Program-made: the position numbers and the translations under genes
Source of the DNA: an uncultured cyanobacterium
GTDB lineage: Bacteria > Cyanobacteriota > Cyanobacteriia > Cyanobacteriales > Microcystaceae
Assembly (NCBI GenBank): GCA_963807635.1
Contig: CAWEDJ010000031.1
Coordinates: forward strand, 1-64,000
Length of the DNA: 64,000 bases
Reading direction: 5' to 3'
Shown here: piece by piece, positions 43,585 through 53,897 of the stretch
How the letters are laid out: each line of letters starts with the position of its first letter
Numbering within the stretch: the first letter of the stretch is position 1
The notes under the pieces: model-generated
Database searches by the model: none
Told to the model about the DNA's origin: nothing
Seen by the model: the letters and a program-made list of their open reading frames with translations, nothing else

Positions 43585-43639
43585 TCAGAGAAAAACTTAA
43601 ATTTTTTTAACAACTTTGCTAATGCTGGGAGACTTGAGG

Positions 43640-44611
43640 TTAACCAGCAATTTTTCGTCGGCTAGTGTAAGTTATTAAACCTGTTAAAATACCCATTCCC
43701 GTTAAATATTTAATAAAGTCGGGAATTGCAGGATTAGGAGAAAAAAATCCTTCAATAATTCCAGCAATGACTAAGAGGGGAACAATTCCAAAAACTAACT
43801 GGGCTGACTGATATCCGTAGATTTTTAACGCATCTACTCGACAATAATTGCCTGGTAATAATAAGGCTTTCGCAATTAATAATCCCGCTCCTCCCGCGAA
43901 GAAAATAGCAGGTAATTCCAAGGCTCCATGAGGAAAAACAAACGCCCAAAAAGGATAAGCCAATTGATTTTGACCGACTAAAGCCGCGATCGCCCCGATT
44001 AATAAACCATTATAAAATAAAGCATAAATGGTAAATAATCCCGCCGTTATACCGCCCCCCACCATCCTAAAAGCCACACTCAAGTTATTAATCATAATAT
44101 TACTAGAAGCTAGGGGTTCAGTTCCCACGATCGCCCCCATCCAGAGTTCATTTTTATCCCGGACTTTAGTAATTAATTCTTGAGGGACAATTAATGCCAT
44201 AAATGCAGGATCTTGCCAGGCATACCACCAAGCAATTAACCCTCCGAACGTAAACAAGGCGATCGCGATCGCGGTATAAATCCAGGTTTGTTGAATCACT
44301 GTTGGTAATCGCCAACGATAAAATTCCAGCACAGATTGCCATTCCTGATGCCGTGAACCTTGATAAATTTGACTATAGGCACGGGAGGTTAATTGTTGTA
44401 AATCTCGAATTAAAACCGTCCCTACTTCCTGGGTTTTTGCCCTTGCCAGATCTCCACTGACGGAACGATATAAACTAGCTAATTGTTGGATTTGAATAGC
44501 AGGAAGAGACTTAAGACCTTTTTTTTCGACTTGAATTAATAATTGTTCCAATATTTTCCAATCAGGTTCACGACGGGCAATCCAACGTTGAATATTCATA
44601 AAGATTTGCAT
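43640..44611 (-). CDS. Stage II sporulation protein M family membrane protein
   Basis: IMINNLSV...FPHGALELPAI...AGIIEGF. Confidence 0.88.
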   Translation of the reverse strand: MQIFMNIQRWIARREPDWKILEQLLIQVEKKGLKSLPAIQIQQLASLYRSVSGDLARAKTQEVGTVLIRDLQQLTSRAYSQIYQGSRHQEWQSVLEFYRWRLPTVIQQTWIYTAIAIALFTFGGLIAWWYAWQDPAFMALIVPQELITKVRDKNELWMGAIVGTEPLASSNIMINNLSVAFRMVGGGITAGLFTIYALFYNGLLIGAIAALVGQNQLAYPFWAFVFPHGALELPAIFFAGGAGLLIAKALLLPGNYCRVDALKIYGYQSAQLVFGIVPLLVIAGIIEGFFSPNPAIPDFIKYLTGMGILTGLITYTSRRKIAG

Positions 44612-44671
44612 TGATTCTTCTAAAGCTAGTTTAAGATAATTTCAAACCCTATTCGATTTTGGACTAAAGTT

Positions 44672-45478
44672 ATGTCGAGAGAAATTAATCGTCGTCCTAG
44701 TAGCGAAACCTTGAGTGTCGGGAATGTGGTCAGTGCAGGTTTACGCATTTATCGGGATAATTTTAAAGTTTATTATTTGGAAGCCCTCAAAAGTTATTTA
44801 TGGGTCTTTGTTCCTGTCTATGGTTGGGCAAAATTCGCCGCTATTCAAGCTATTATTTCTCGTTTGGCTTTTTTTGAAGTAAGGGAAACGCCAGAAAGCT
44901 TGGCTGATGCCCGCCGTCAGGTCATGCCGAAAATGTGGATCTTTTTGGTGACGGGAATTTTAATTGGACTAATTTTTTTCGCAGGATTGATTGTATTTGG
45001 TATTATTCTTGCTTTGTTCGGCGTTGGATTTGCCGCTAATATTCAAAGCAATGGTTTAGTATCTCTTGTTTTTGTCCTATTAATGATTTTATTCTTTTTC
45101 TCTATGATTTTCTCCTCTATCTGGCTGATTTCTCGCATTGCTTTTGCGGAACTGGCGATCGCGATCGATGGTATCAGGGAAGCGACGAAGGCGATCGGTC
45201 GGAGTTGGACGATTACCCAAGGTTTTGTTGCCAAAATTCAAATTATTTTCTTTATCGCTTTTCTATTAACGATTCCTTTTTCTATCGTAAGTAATCTCGG
45301 AAGCTTATTGTTCCAAAGTGCTGAATGGGGAGCCGTGATTAATTTATTTTTAACCATTCCTTTAGGAGCATTACTTGTTCCTTTTTGGCAATCGATTAAG
45401 GCAGTGATTTATTATGACTTACTTACTCGAAAAGAAGGTTTAGGATTGGAGCTAAGAGAGTTAAATGATAATTTTTAA
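44672..45478 (+). CDS. Hypothetical polytopic membrane protein
   Basis: LSVGNVVSAG...AIGRSW...KAVIYYDL..RKEG. Confidence 0.7.
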   Translation: MSREINRRPSSETLSVGNVVSAGLRIYRDNFKVYYLEALKSYLWVFVPVYGWAKFAAIQAIISRLAFFEVRETPESLADARRQVMPKMWIFLVTGILIGLIFFAGLIVFGIILALFGVGFAANIQSNGLVSLVFVLLMILFFFSMIFSSIWLISRIAFAELAIAIDGIREATKAIGRSWTITQGFVAKIQIIFFIAFLLTIPFSIVSNLGSLLFQSAEWGAVINLFLTIPLGALLVPFWQSIKAVIYYDLLTRKEGLGLELRELNDNF

Positions 45479-45645
45479 TTGGCTCAGAAAATACATAATG
45501 ATTATCTCCTTAACCTGTACAGAATTTAACCATAAATGTTGTATATTGACCACCTTGGAGAGTTGCGATCGCTCCAAACCAATTGATCACAACTTAAACT
45601 AAAATAATCAATTATCAGATAAATTAAAATACACTGTTTTTAAAG

Positions 45646-47040
45646 ATGAAGATTTCACGTTTTTTGGGCATCGCGATCATTACTCTGGGGCTAACGTTTA
45701 CCGTAAAGATACTGGAAGCCGCCGAGCCAGCAAATTGGTCTTTACGTCCTGCGGATCTCGCCATTATTCAGCAACCCCAAGCGACCCCTCCCGCCCAACG
45801 GAACCATCGCCAAAAACAGATAGACCTCGCCCGTCCCGAACAGTATGATCTGACGACCTATCCCGTAACCGATGCCAACGAAACCCACTGGCGCAAAACC
45901 CTCTGGGCAACGGCTTTATTGGAACCGCAACAGCCCTATGTAGCCAATGCCTTAGCCGAAATTTTATCCCTGACCGATCGCCCTGATCTGACCAACGCCC
46001 AAATCCGCACCGTACAGATGGCCATGCAGATCGGAACCCAATTATTTCTCAGTAATCCTCAATTTTATGCAGGAATCGGCGATCGCTTTCAAAAAACCGT
46101 CGAACAAACTCCCTATCCCGAATGGGCGGGGATGGCTTTATCTGCCTTAGTTCAGGGCGGTTTGGATAAGGACATCGCAAAAGAACAACTAGAAAACACC
46201 AAAATTCGCTTTAGTTCTGTCAATAGTCCCGATCTCAAGGTCGCGATCGCCGATATTGCGGAGCAAATTAATCCAACTCCGATTCCCCCTCTCACCGATC
46301 TGCTCAACTGGCAAATTCTTCCTCAACAAACTCATCTTTATGTACTGTGCCGCCCCGATCCCGCCGTTCTTTGTCGTGCCGTCATTAAAGACCGCAATGG
46401 CAACTTTGTTAGGGAAAATTCCCGTCCTAATGCTCCTATCTGGTCAGTGCCGCTTTTGACCCGTTCTTTGCACGGTTTACGGTGGCATTTGACGAGGGGA
46501 AATACGCCCCAAGGAATCTATCGCATCGAAGGAACCATGCCCCGTTCTGAAACGCCCTATTTTGGAGCCTATGGTCAATTTCCCTTAGTAAAGGTGTTTT
46601 TACCCTTTGAATCGGGGGTTAAATCCTTTGTTCCGACCCAATCAACCAATTTTATCCAAAATATCCAGAATTATCAAACCCTTTTCCCTCCTAGTTGGCG
46701 GGGTTATACACCCATCGAACAAGCCTATTGGGCGGGACAATTGGGGCGATCGCTGATTCGGGTACATGGTAGCGGCGAATTTCCTAGCTTTTTTGCGAAT
46801 AATAGTCGTTTTCCCCAGAGTGCGGGTTGGAATCCTGCGATCGGTTGTCTATCCGCTAAGGAGCTATACAACGATGATGGCAGCTTAAAGGAAGCCGATA
46901 TGCCTAAAATCTTGCAAGCGTTGAGTGAGGCAGGAGACGGACAAATTGAGGGTTATATGGTGGTGAGTCAGGTTGAGGGGAATAGTAAACAACCGATTTC
47001 CGTCACAGAAATTGAGGCGGCAATTGGAACTCAAAAATGA
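45646..47040 (+). CDS. Exported protein with putative L,D-transpeptidase-like C-terminus
   Basis: Signal peptide; NTPQGIYRI; IRVHGSG...AIGCL His/Cys motif. Confidence 0.55.
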   Translation: MKISRFLGIAIITLGLTFTVKILEAAEPANWSLRPADLAIIQQPQATPPAQRNHRQKQIDLARPEQYDLTTYPVTDANETHWRKTLWATALLEPQQPYVANALAEILSLTDRPDLTNAQIRTVQMAMQIGTQLFLSNPQFYAGIGDRFQKTVEQTPYPEWAGMALSALVQGGLDKDIAKEQLENTKIRFSSVNSPDLKVAIADIAEQINPTPIPPLTDLLNWQILPQQTHLYVLCRPDPAVLCRAVIKDRNGNFVRENSRPNAPIWSVPLLTRSLHGLRWHLTRGNTPQGIYRIEGTMPRSETPYFGAYGQFPLVKVFLPFESGVKSFVPTQSTNFIQNIQNYQTLFPPSWRGYTPIEQAYWAGQLGRSLIRVHGSGEFPSFFANNSRFPQSAGWNPAIGCLSAKELYNDDGSLKEADMPKILQALSEAGDGQIEGYMVVSQVEGNSKQPISVTEIEAAIGTQK

Positions 47041-47289
47041 CTTTTATGTAACAGACTCAAAAATGATTGAGATGACTCTTCTACAATCAAGTTCTATAGA
47101 TTCTTCATCCAATGTTTTTTAGAAAATTACGAGAGAAGATCGCAAAATAAACTCAATCATTGCATTATTGAAAATCCTACAATAAAGAAAAAAAGGCAAT
47201 ATATTTTCCAAAATCAATATTTTAAGGATTGGTGAGTAGTTTTGAAAAAATCGATTTGGATTTTTCGAGCAAGTTAAGTTGATCGAGCC

Positions 47290-47352
47290 GCAGGGACACT
47301 CACCATCATAAAGAAGTTTTATTTTTGAATAAATTGATAAATTTGACTGCAA
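47290..47352 (-). pseudogene. N-terminal remnant of a DCC1/DUF393 thiol-disulfide oxidoreductase
   Basis: KIKLLYDGECP followed by unrelated sequence. Confidence 0.5.
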
Positions 47353-47582
47353 TGCTATTGTATAGATTTAAATTATTATAAATACAGCTATTATCTTATT
47401 ATTGATGTTGTTTAATCTTAAATAAAAGCTTGTGAGCAATTATTGTAAAGATTTGTTGCAGGATTTATAAAGCCGAATCAGTCTGAATAGGACTCGATGC
47501 AAAAATCTTAAAAGATCGCGCTCCTAATCCGCTAAACTGGACAGTACAGATTTATTTAAACCCTAAAAGGCGCGGAACTCCT

Positions 47583-49172
47583 ATGTCTCTTGGCTATGTT
47601 GCCCTCGTCCTTCATGCTCACTTACCCTTCGTGCGTCATCCCGAAAGTGACTATGTATTGGAAGAAGAGTGGCTCTATGAAGCGATTACCGAAACCTATA
47701 TTCCTCTGCTCCACGTTTTTGAAGGATTAAAGCGGGATGGAATCGATTTCAAAATGACCATGAGCATGACCCCGCCTCTGGTCTCTATGTTACGAGATCC
47801 CCTCTTACAAGACCGTTACGATCAACATCTCAATCAATTACAAGAATTAGTCCAAAAAGAAATTAAACACAACGAGCATAATGGCCACGTTCGTTATTTG
47901 GCTGAATATTACGAAAAGGAATTTGATCTCGTTCGTCAAACCTGGGAACGGTGCGATCGCGATTTAGTCGGTGCGTTCAAAAAATTTCTGGATTCCAATA
48001 ATTTAGAAATTCTGACCTGTGGCGCGACTCACGGATATTTTCCCCTGATGAAAATGTATCCCCAGGCAGTCTGGTCACAAATCAAAGTCGCCTGTGAACA
48101 TTACGAAGAAAATTTTGGCCGTCCTCCCAAGGGAATTTGGTTGCCTGAATGTGCCTACTTTGAAGGCGTAGAAAGAATGCTGGCCGATGCGGGTTTGCGT
48201 TACTTTTTGGTAGATGGTCACGGAATTTTGTATGCTCGTCCTCGTCCCCGTTTTGGAACCTACGCGCCGATTTTTACGGAAACTGGGGTTGCCGCGTTTG
48301 GACGGGATCACGAATCCTCTCAGCAAGTTTGGTCATCCCAGGTCGGGTATCCTGGCGATCCTGAATATCGGGAATTTTATAAAGATTTGGGCTGGGAAGC
48401 GGAATATGAGTATATTAAGCCCTATATCATGCCCAACGGTCAACGGAAAAATATCGGCATCAAATACCACAAAATTACCAGTCGTCAGGCAGGTCTTTCA
48501 GAAAAAGCTCTCTATGATCCCTACTGGGCAAAAGAAAAAGCCGCCGAACACGCCGCGAACTTCATGTATAACCGAGAAAGGCAAGTTGGCCATTTAGCGG
48601 GAATTATGCAACGTCCGCCGTTGGTAGTTTCGCCCTACGACGCAGAATTATTCGGGCATTGGTGGTATGAAGGCCCTTGGTTTATTGATTATCTCTTCCG
48701 CAAGTCTTGGCATGACCAAAATACCTTTGAGATGACCCATCTGGCTGATTATTTACGCAATAATCCTAATCAACAGGTTTGTCGTCCTTCCCAATCAAGT
48801 TGGGGTTTTAAGGGATTCCATGAATATTGGCTCAATGAAACGAATGCGTGGATTTATCCCCATTTACATAAGGCCGCTGAACGGATGATAGAGATTAGTC
48901 GTCGAGAAGCGGCAGATGAGTTGGAAGAACGGGCCTTAAATCAAGCGGCTCGTGAATTATTGTTAGCTCAATCCTCTGACTGGGCTTTTATTATGAAAAC
49001 GGGGACAATGGTTCCCTATGCAGTGCGTCGGACTCGTTCCCATTTGCTCCGTTTTGATAAGCTTTTTGAGGATGTTAATGCAGACAAAGTGGATTCTGGC
49101 TGGTTAACCCAAGTGGAAGCAATGGATAATATTTTTCCGAATATTAATTACCGCGTTTATCGTCCTTTATAA
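47583..49172 (+). CDS. Glycoside hydrolase family 57 (branching-enzyme type)
   Basis: LHAHLPFV, ETYIPL, GIWLPEC, PYDAELFGHWW, LAQSSDW. Confidence 0.95.
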   Translation: MSLGYVALVLHAHLPFVRHPESDYVLEEEWLYEAITETYIPLLHVFEGLKRDGIDFKMTMSMTPPLVSMLRDPLLQDRYDQHLNQLQELVQKEIKHNEHNGHVRYLAEYYEKEFDLVRQTWERCDRDLVGAFKKFLDSNNLEILTCGATHGYFPLMKMYPQAVWSQIKVACEHYEENFGRPPKGIWLPECAYFEGVERMLADAGLRYFLVDGHGILYARPRPRFGTYAPIFTETGVAAFGRDHESSQQVWSSQVGYPGDPEYREFYKDLGWEAEYEYIKPYIMPNGQRKNIGIKYHKITSRQAGLSEKALYDPYWAKEKAAEHAANFMYNRERQVGHLAGIMQRPPLVVSPYDAELFGHWWYEGPWFIDYLFRKSWHDQNTFEMTHLADYLRNNPNQQVCRPSQSSWGFKGFHEYWLNETNAWIYPHLHKAAERMIEISRREAADELEERALNQAARELLLAQSSDWAFIMKTGTMVPYAVRRTRSHLLRFDKLFEDVNADKVDSGWLTQVEAMDNIFPNINYRVYRPL

Positions 49173-49973
49173 CGTTGATAATTTGCTTTGGCGATCGCGA
49201 TTAAAAATCGTGATTGTTTTTGGGGGTTTAGATTGTAAGTCTTAGATTTTGGGACTGCAAACTAAACCTTTTTTTTTGCGATCAATCAGGGCATTTAATG
49301 GCTAAGAGAAAAATCGACAGAAATCAAAAACAGTACTTTTCTTCCACCTAGAATCTCAATTTCAAGTTCGATCTAAACAAGAACAAAGATCACATTCTGT
49401 TTTTACCTATTTCACAATCTACTTACGAGGTATTACTGATTTCTTTTTTGGCTCATTCCCTAAATACTTAAGTGTTATTGCTGATGACAAAAAATAACTA
49501 TACTGTTATCTTACTTTTATTCTTAATTCAAAACGTTATTTTTTATTTCATTTTAAATAATTTCTTCGTTTTCAAAAAAACTTGTTTGCATAAATTGACT
49601 GTATTAAAAATAGTTAATTGGCCGCAATAAATTTATCTATGAATTACGGCTTTTGATTAAACAATGTTTCTAGTTATTAATTTTAAAGATAATACAACTA
49701 ATATTTCATCTATTTATCTCAGTTTTTAGGCATAGGTTAAGATATTCTTTCGTATTATGCGTTGTAATTCCTGTCAAAGTCCTGAGATATTCCCCTCTCT
49801 AAGCCATCCATCGTCGGTTCGTTTAGTTCTACTTGTCCTACTACTACACAAATTTCGCTGTCATAATTGTCTGAGGAGTCAAGTAGGTTTGCTTCCCTGT
49901 TATTGGTTCAAACTGTTACGAGAGAGTATTAATGTGAATGGATAATAGCAATTTTTTAAAGGGTGTGCATAAC

Positions 49974-51109
49974 TTAAATTTTCTGTTCCTGGGGCGTTAA
50001 TTCTTCCCAACTAACATCTCTCCGTAAAACCCAGCCATTATAGCCCACAAGGATTCGAGGCAACGTCTGATTATCCACAACTGATAAATTGTTCATGTTG
50101 TAGGTTGTATAAATCGTTGATTCAGAATTCAGATTAATATCAACAACGGTCAGGGTTTTGAAAGGTTGCTGTTGGCTATTAATTAATTTGCGGGGCCGCT
50201 CCCTAACGCTCCCGTATGTAGAAGTTCGAGTTCGCCGCGTTTCCCTGGAAAATAGGCGTGGTGATGGCCGCTAATGTAGGTGTGGACGTGATATTTTTCT
50301 AGCAACGTGCGTAATTTATCGGGATTAGAAAGGGTATTCCCTGCGGTATTACGTCCGATCGCAACGGCATAGAGGGGAAGATGGCCGATCGCGATTCGCA
50401 TTTTGGCGGACTGGGCAGCGGCACTGGCTAAACTTTTTTCTACCCAAATTAATTGTTCTTCGGAAAGGCGATCGGTAGAAGCATCCCACACGAGATAAAA
50501 AATATTATTTTGACTAAAACTGTAATAGAAAGGGAATTTCGCTTTATCGACAAAGGTTAAGTCTGGATTATGACGAGGATTATTCCAATAATTAGAAGCC
50601 AAATCTCGGTCTTTTTGAAACCGCATTTTTCCCTGAACGATCGCCCCGATCCATCGTGATTGCCAATGGTAAACCCTAGCGGAATTTTTGCTTGACGAAG
50701 GGGAGCCGCAATATGTTGATCAAATCCTTCCCACATTGCTGTAATTTGGTCAGACGTGAGGGAATTTTTTTGTCCCGCGACCATATCTCCGCCGCAAAGC
50801 ACTAAATCGGGTTGCCAATCGGGAATAAACGCGATCGCCTGATCCACTTCTTTCTCGTAGGTTGTCGAGCCGTACTGACTATTGAGATCACTAATGACCA
50901 CGATCCGCACATCTCCCGCGAACGGGTGCGGTTAAACCTTTTGGCGCAGGGGACGAAATGGGGGATTGGGCAACGGGGGCATTGAGGGTCACGCTTTCCT
51001 GGGGAGACAAAGCCTTATTTTGAGAAAAAACTCGATGCAAAAGAGAAGCCGCCCCCAGACCGCCGAGGGTTCCTCCCGCGATTAACAATTGACGACGACT
51101 AACGCCCAT
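49974..51109 (-). CDS. Tat-exported metallophosphoesterase (three apparent frameshifts)
   Basis: SRRQLL; ISDLN, GGDMV, IGNHD, GHLP, SGHHH motifs spread over successive frames. Confidence 0.85.
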
Positions 51110-51174
51110 AGACAGCAGTAACCAGTAAGAATTTTCAACCGAAGTCAGTATAGTTTATTTGGTGTTACGGATTT

Positions 51175-51245
51175 GCTCCCCTAGCCTCCCAGTCTTAGAG
51201 AGAATGTTTGAAAGTCCCCCAGAATTGGGGGATTTAGGGGGCTAT
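51175..51245. repeat. Cyanobacterial REP-like palindromic repeat
   Basis: CCCCTAGCCTCCC...AAAGTCCCCCAGAATTGGGGGATTTAGGGGGC. Confidence 0.6.
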
Positions 51246-51273
51246 AGTCAATATTTCTTAAAAAATAAGTTCA

Positions 51274-51822
51274 TTACCCAGCTTGCAGTTCTTCCAAGCG
51301 AGCCAACACTTCACTACTATGAATGGCAGGTTGTACCCCCAAAAAGCGATCGCGTAAAATCCCATCGGGATCAATCAAATAGGTATGGCGCAGAGACATT
51401 CCGCTCAACCAAGAACTGTATTGTTTACTCACTGTTCCCGTTGTATCAGCTAGTAAAGGAAACTTTAGTCCCTCGGAATCACAAAATTCGGCATGGCTCT
51501 CTACGTCATCCACACTTACGCCTAAAATCTGGGTATTTTTCGCCCTATATTGGGGTAAATCTTTCTGAAAACGTTTGGCTTCCAATGTGCAACCCGATGT
51601 AAAATCCTTGGGATAAAAATAGAGGACGACCCATTGGCCCCGATAATCCGATAGGGCAATGTCGCGATCGCCGCTATTACTGGGTAAAGCAAAATCGGGA
51701 GCAGGTTCATTTAAGGGCAGTTGAGTGCCACCGAGAGCCAAGGCAGGAGCGAGATTCACCAGATTGAGAAAGAGTGTAAACCCTAGACCGAAAAAGAGAG
51801 CAAACAGCGATCGACGAGACAT
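51274..51822 (-). CDS. Peroxiredoxin Q/BCP
   Basis: LYFYPKDFTSGCTLEA; N-terminal signal. Confidence 0.92.
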   Translation of the reverse strand: MSRRSLFALFFGLGFTLFLNLVNLAPALALGGTQLPLNEPAPDFALPSNSGDRDIALSDYRGQWVVLYFYPKDFTSGCTLEAKRFQKDLPQYRAKNTQILGVSVDDVESHAEFCDSEGLKFPLLADTTGTVSKQYSSWLSGMSLRHTYLIDPDGILRDRFLGVQPAIHSSEVLARLEELQAG

Positions 51823-51906
51823 AAACGTTACAATTTCCTAAAACTTAAATGATTGAGTAAGCAAGCCTTAAACCATCGTATCTTTAAAACTTAACATTTT
51901 CTTAAT

Positions 51907-51948
51907 GTAAATTCATATACCGCAATATAACTTGGTATATAATACACT
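51907..51948 (+). promoter_or_regulatory. NtcA-activated class II promoter
   Basis: GTA-AATTCATA-TAC (51907-51920), a 22-nt spacer, then TACACT (TAN3T) at 51943-51948. Confidence 0.65.
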
Positions 51949-51990
51949 CTCAGATTAGAACTCACGTTTTCATAAAAAAAATAACTATCA

Positions 51991-52176
51991 ATGACAACCC
52001 AACTAGCTTCACGAACTGCTTCTACTACCGCTTCAAATCAATCTGCGGCTTCAGGATTACTCAGCCCCAAAACCTATCAAGTCGCCCAGCAGCTTGAATA
52101 TCTTTATCTAGAGGCCGAAATAGACGTATTGCTTCGTCAGTTACAATCTTTAAAATCTCAAAAAGTCAGTTCTTAG
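51991..52176 (+). CDS. Small 61-aa hypothetical protein
   Basis: Ser/Thr-rich N-terminus plus amphipathic helix YQVAQQLEYLYLEAEIDVLLRQLQ. Confidence 0.7.
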   Translation: MTTQLASRTASTTASNQSAASGLLSPKTYQVAQQLEYLYLEAEIDVLLRQLQSLKSQKVSS

Positions 52177-52317
52177 TCCTCATATTTATCGCTCCCTGTC
52201 TTGGTTTGACCCGCATTTAAACACTGCTTGTTATTGAATGCCTTGTCGTCATCCTGTTAAGGGGGCTTTTTATTGGCCGATTTTGCCGATATTTATTTAG
52301 CTCAATCCGAGGTAACA

Positions 52318-53317
52318 ATGTCTCAATCTCAAAATACAATTTTAGTCACAGGGGGAGCGGGCTATATTGGGGCCCATGCGGTTCTCGCTCTCCAAAAGGC
52401 GGGCTACCAGGTCATTGTTCTCGACAACCTTTCCTACGGCCATCCTGAATTAATCCAAGACCGATTGCAAGCTGAACTTCTTGTTGCCGACATCAGCGAT
52501 CGCGCTTTTTTAGATAATTTATTTGCCACTCGCCAAATTGATGCAGTCATGCACTTTGCCGCGTTCATTGCCGTTGGCGAATCCGTCCAAGAACCCGCCA
52601 AATATTACCGTAATAACGTGGTTGGTACTCTTACGCTACTGGAAGCGATGATTGCGGCGAATATCAAAAAATTTGTCTTTTCTTCCACCTGTGCCGTCTA
52701 TGGAATGCCCAAGGAAGTTCCCATGACGGAAAACCATCCCATCCAGCCCCTCAGTCCCTACGCGGCGAGCTAAACGGGTTGTCGAACAAATGTTAGCTGA
52801 TTTTGATCATGCCTACGGACTAAAATCCGTTATTTTCCGTTATTTTAATGCGTCAGGAGCCGAGCCTGATGGTTTATTAGGGGAAGACCACGATCCCGAA
52901 ACCCATTTAATTCCCCTGGCATTATTAACAACCTTGAAAAAACGGGAATTTTTGTCAATTTTTGGCACAGATTACGATACTCCCGATGGAACGGCTGTAC
53001 GGGACTATATTCATATTTGTGACCTCGCCGATGCTCACATTTTAGGATTGGAATATTTATTGCAAGGCGGAGAAAGTAATCTGTTTAATCTAGGCAATGG
53101 CAATGGTTTCTCCGTTCGAGACGTGATTGAAACCACAAAAAAAGTGACTGGACTTCCCCTACCCGTCAAAGAAGGCGATCGCCGAGCGGGAGACGCGCCC
53201 ATTTTAGTTGGCAGTAGTGAAAAAGCCCAAAAAATCTTGGACTGGCAACCCCAATACGCCGATTTAGAGAAAATCATCATCCACGCCTGGCAATGGCATC
53301 AACAGCGTCACCGCTAA
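52318..53317 (+). CDS. galE: UDP-glucose 4-epimerase (apparent frameshift near 52771)
   Basis: VTGGAGYIG, FSSTCAVYG, PYAAS(K), RYFNASGA, GTAVRDYIH. Confidence 0.95.
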
Positions 53318-53321
53318 TCAT

Positions 53322-53579
53322 CCCACATTCATCACTTCTGAACATATCTTTTTATTTCTTAACCCATTCAAAAGCCTTTTCACGGAGAACCTTTATTTGA
53401 GAACTTCATATTGATAAAGATTCCTAGCTATCAGTTTTTTCTGAGAATTTTAGTTACAATTTATTACAACTAAGGATTGATCGGCAAGCGCAATTCTGTC
53501 AAAATCTTGCAGTGTAAGGGTTGCAAACGATATATTAGGATAACTTATCGATCAAGTGTTAAGAAGTGCTGAATGTGGG
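53322..53579. mobile_element. 258-bp MITE
   Basis: 18-bp TIR CCCACATTCATCACTTCT / AGAAGTGCTGAATGTGGG (one mismatch); no clear TSD. Confidence 0.7.
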
Positions 53580-53672
53580 CTACCAAAACGAGTTTCACTG
53601 TAAGCGTTAATCTTACAGATAAGGTTTATACTAAAATACAAAAGGTTGTTGATGGTTTCAAAAAGAATTTAC

Positions 53673-53781
53673 GTTAGTGTCATGAATCTTTCGCGCTGGT
53701 TCAAAAACAAAAAAACGGGCCCTACTATATAAGGGTTTCAGAAAGCTTAAATCTGGAGCGCGAATAAATAAAGACACTAAC
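53673..53781. mobile_element. 109-bp MITE with IS256 ends, second copy
   Basis: Homologous to 16384-16491; 8-bp TSD GAATTTAC at 53665-53672 and 53782-53789. Confidence 0.9.
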
Positions 53782-53897
53782 GAATTTACTCATCGTTTTT
53801 GATGAATATCTTCCGAAATGGAATTACAGAGTCATTCCTCAAAACAATCAAAACGCATAAGTTATTTATTCTTTGTTCCTTATTATATATTTTATAG

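Noticed and set aside
49180..49970. Long AT-rich intergenic region as a possible ncRNA or ORF
   Set aside because: No convincing structure, repeat or coding signal.
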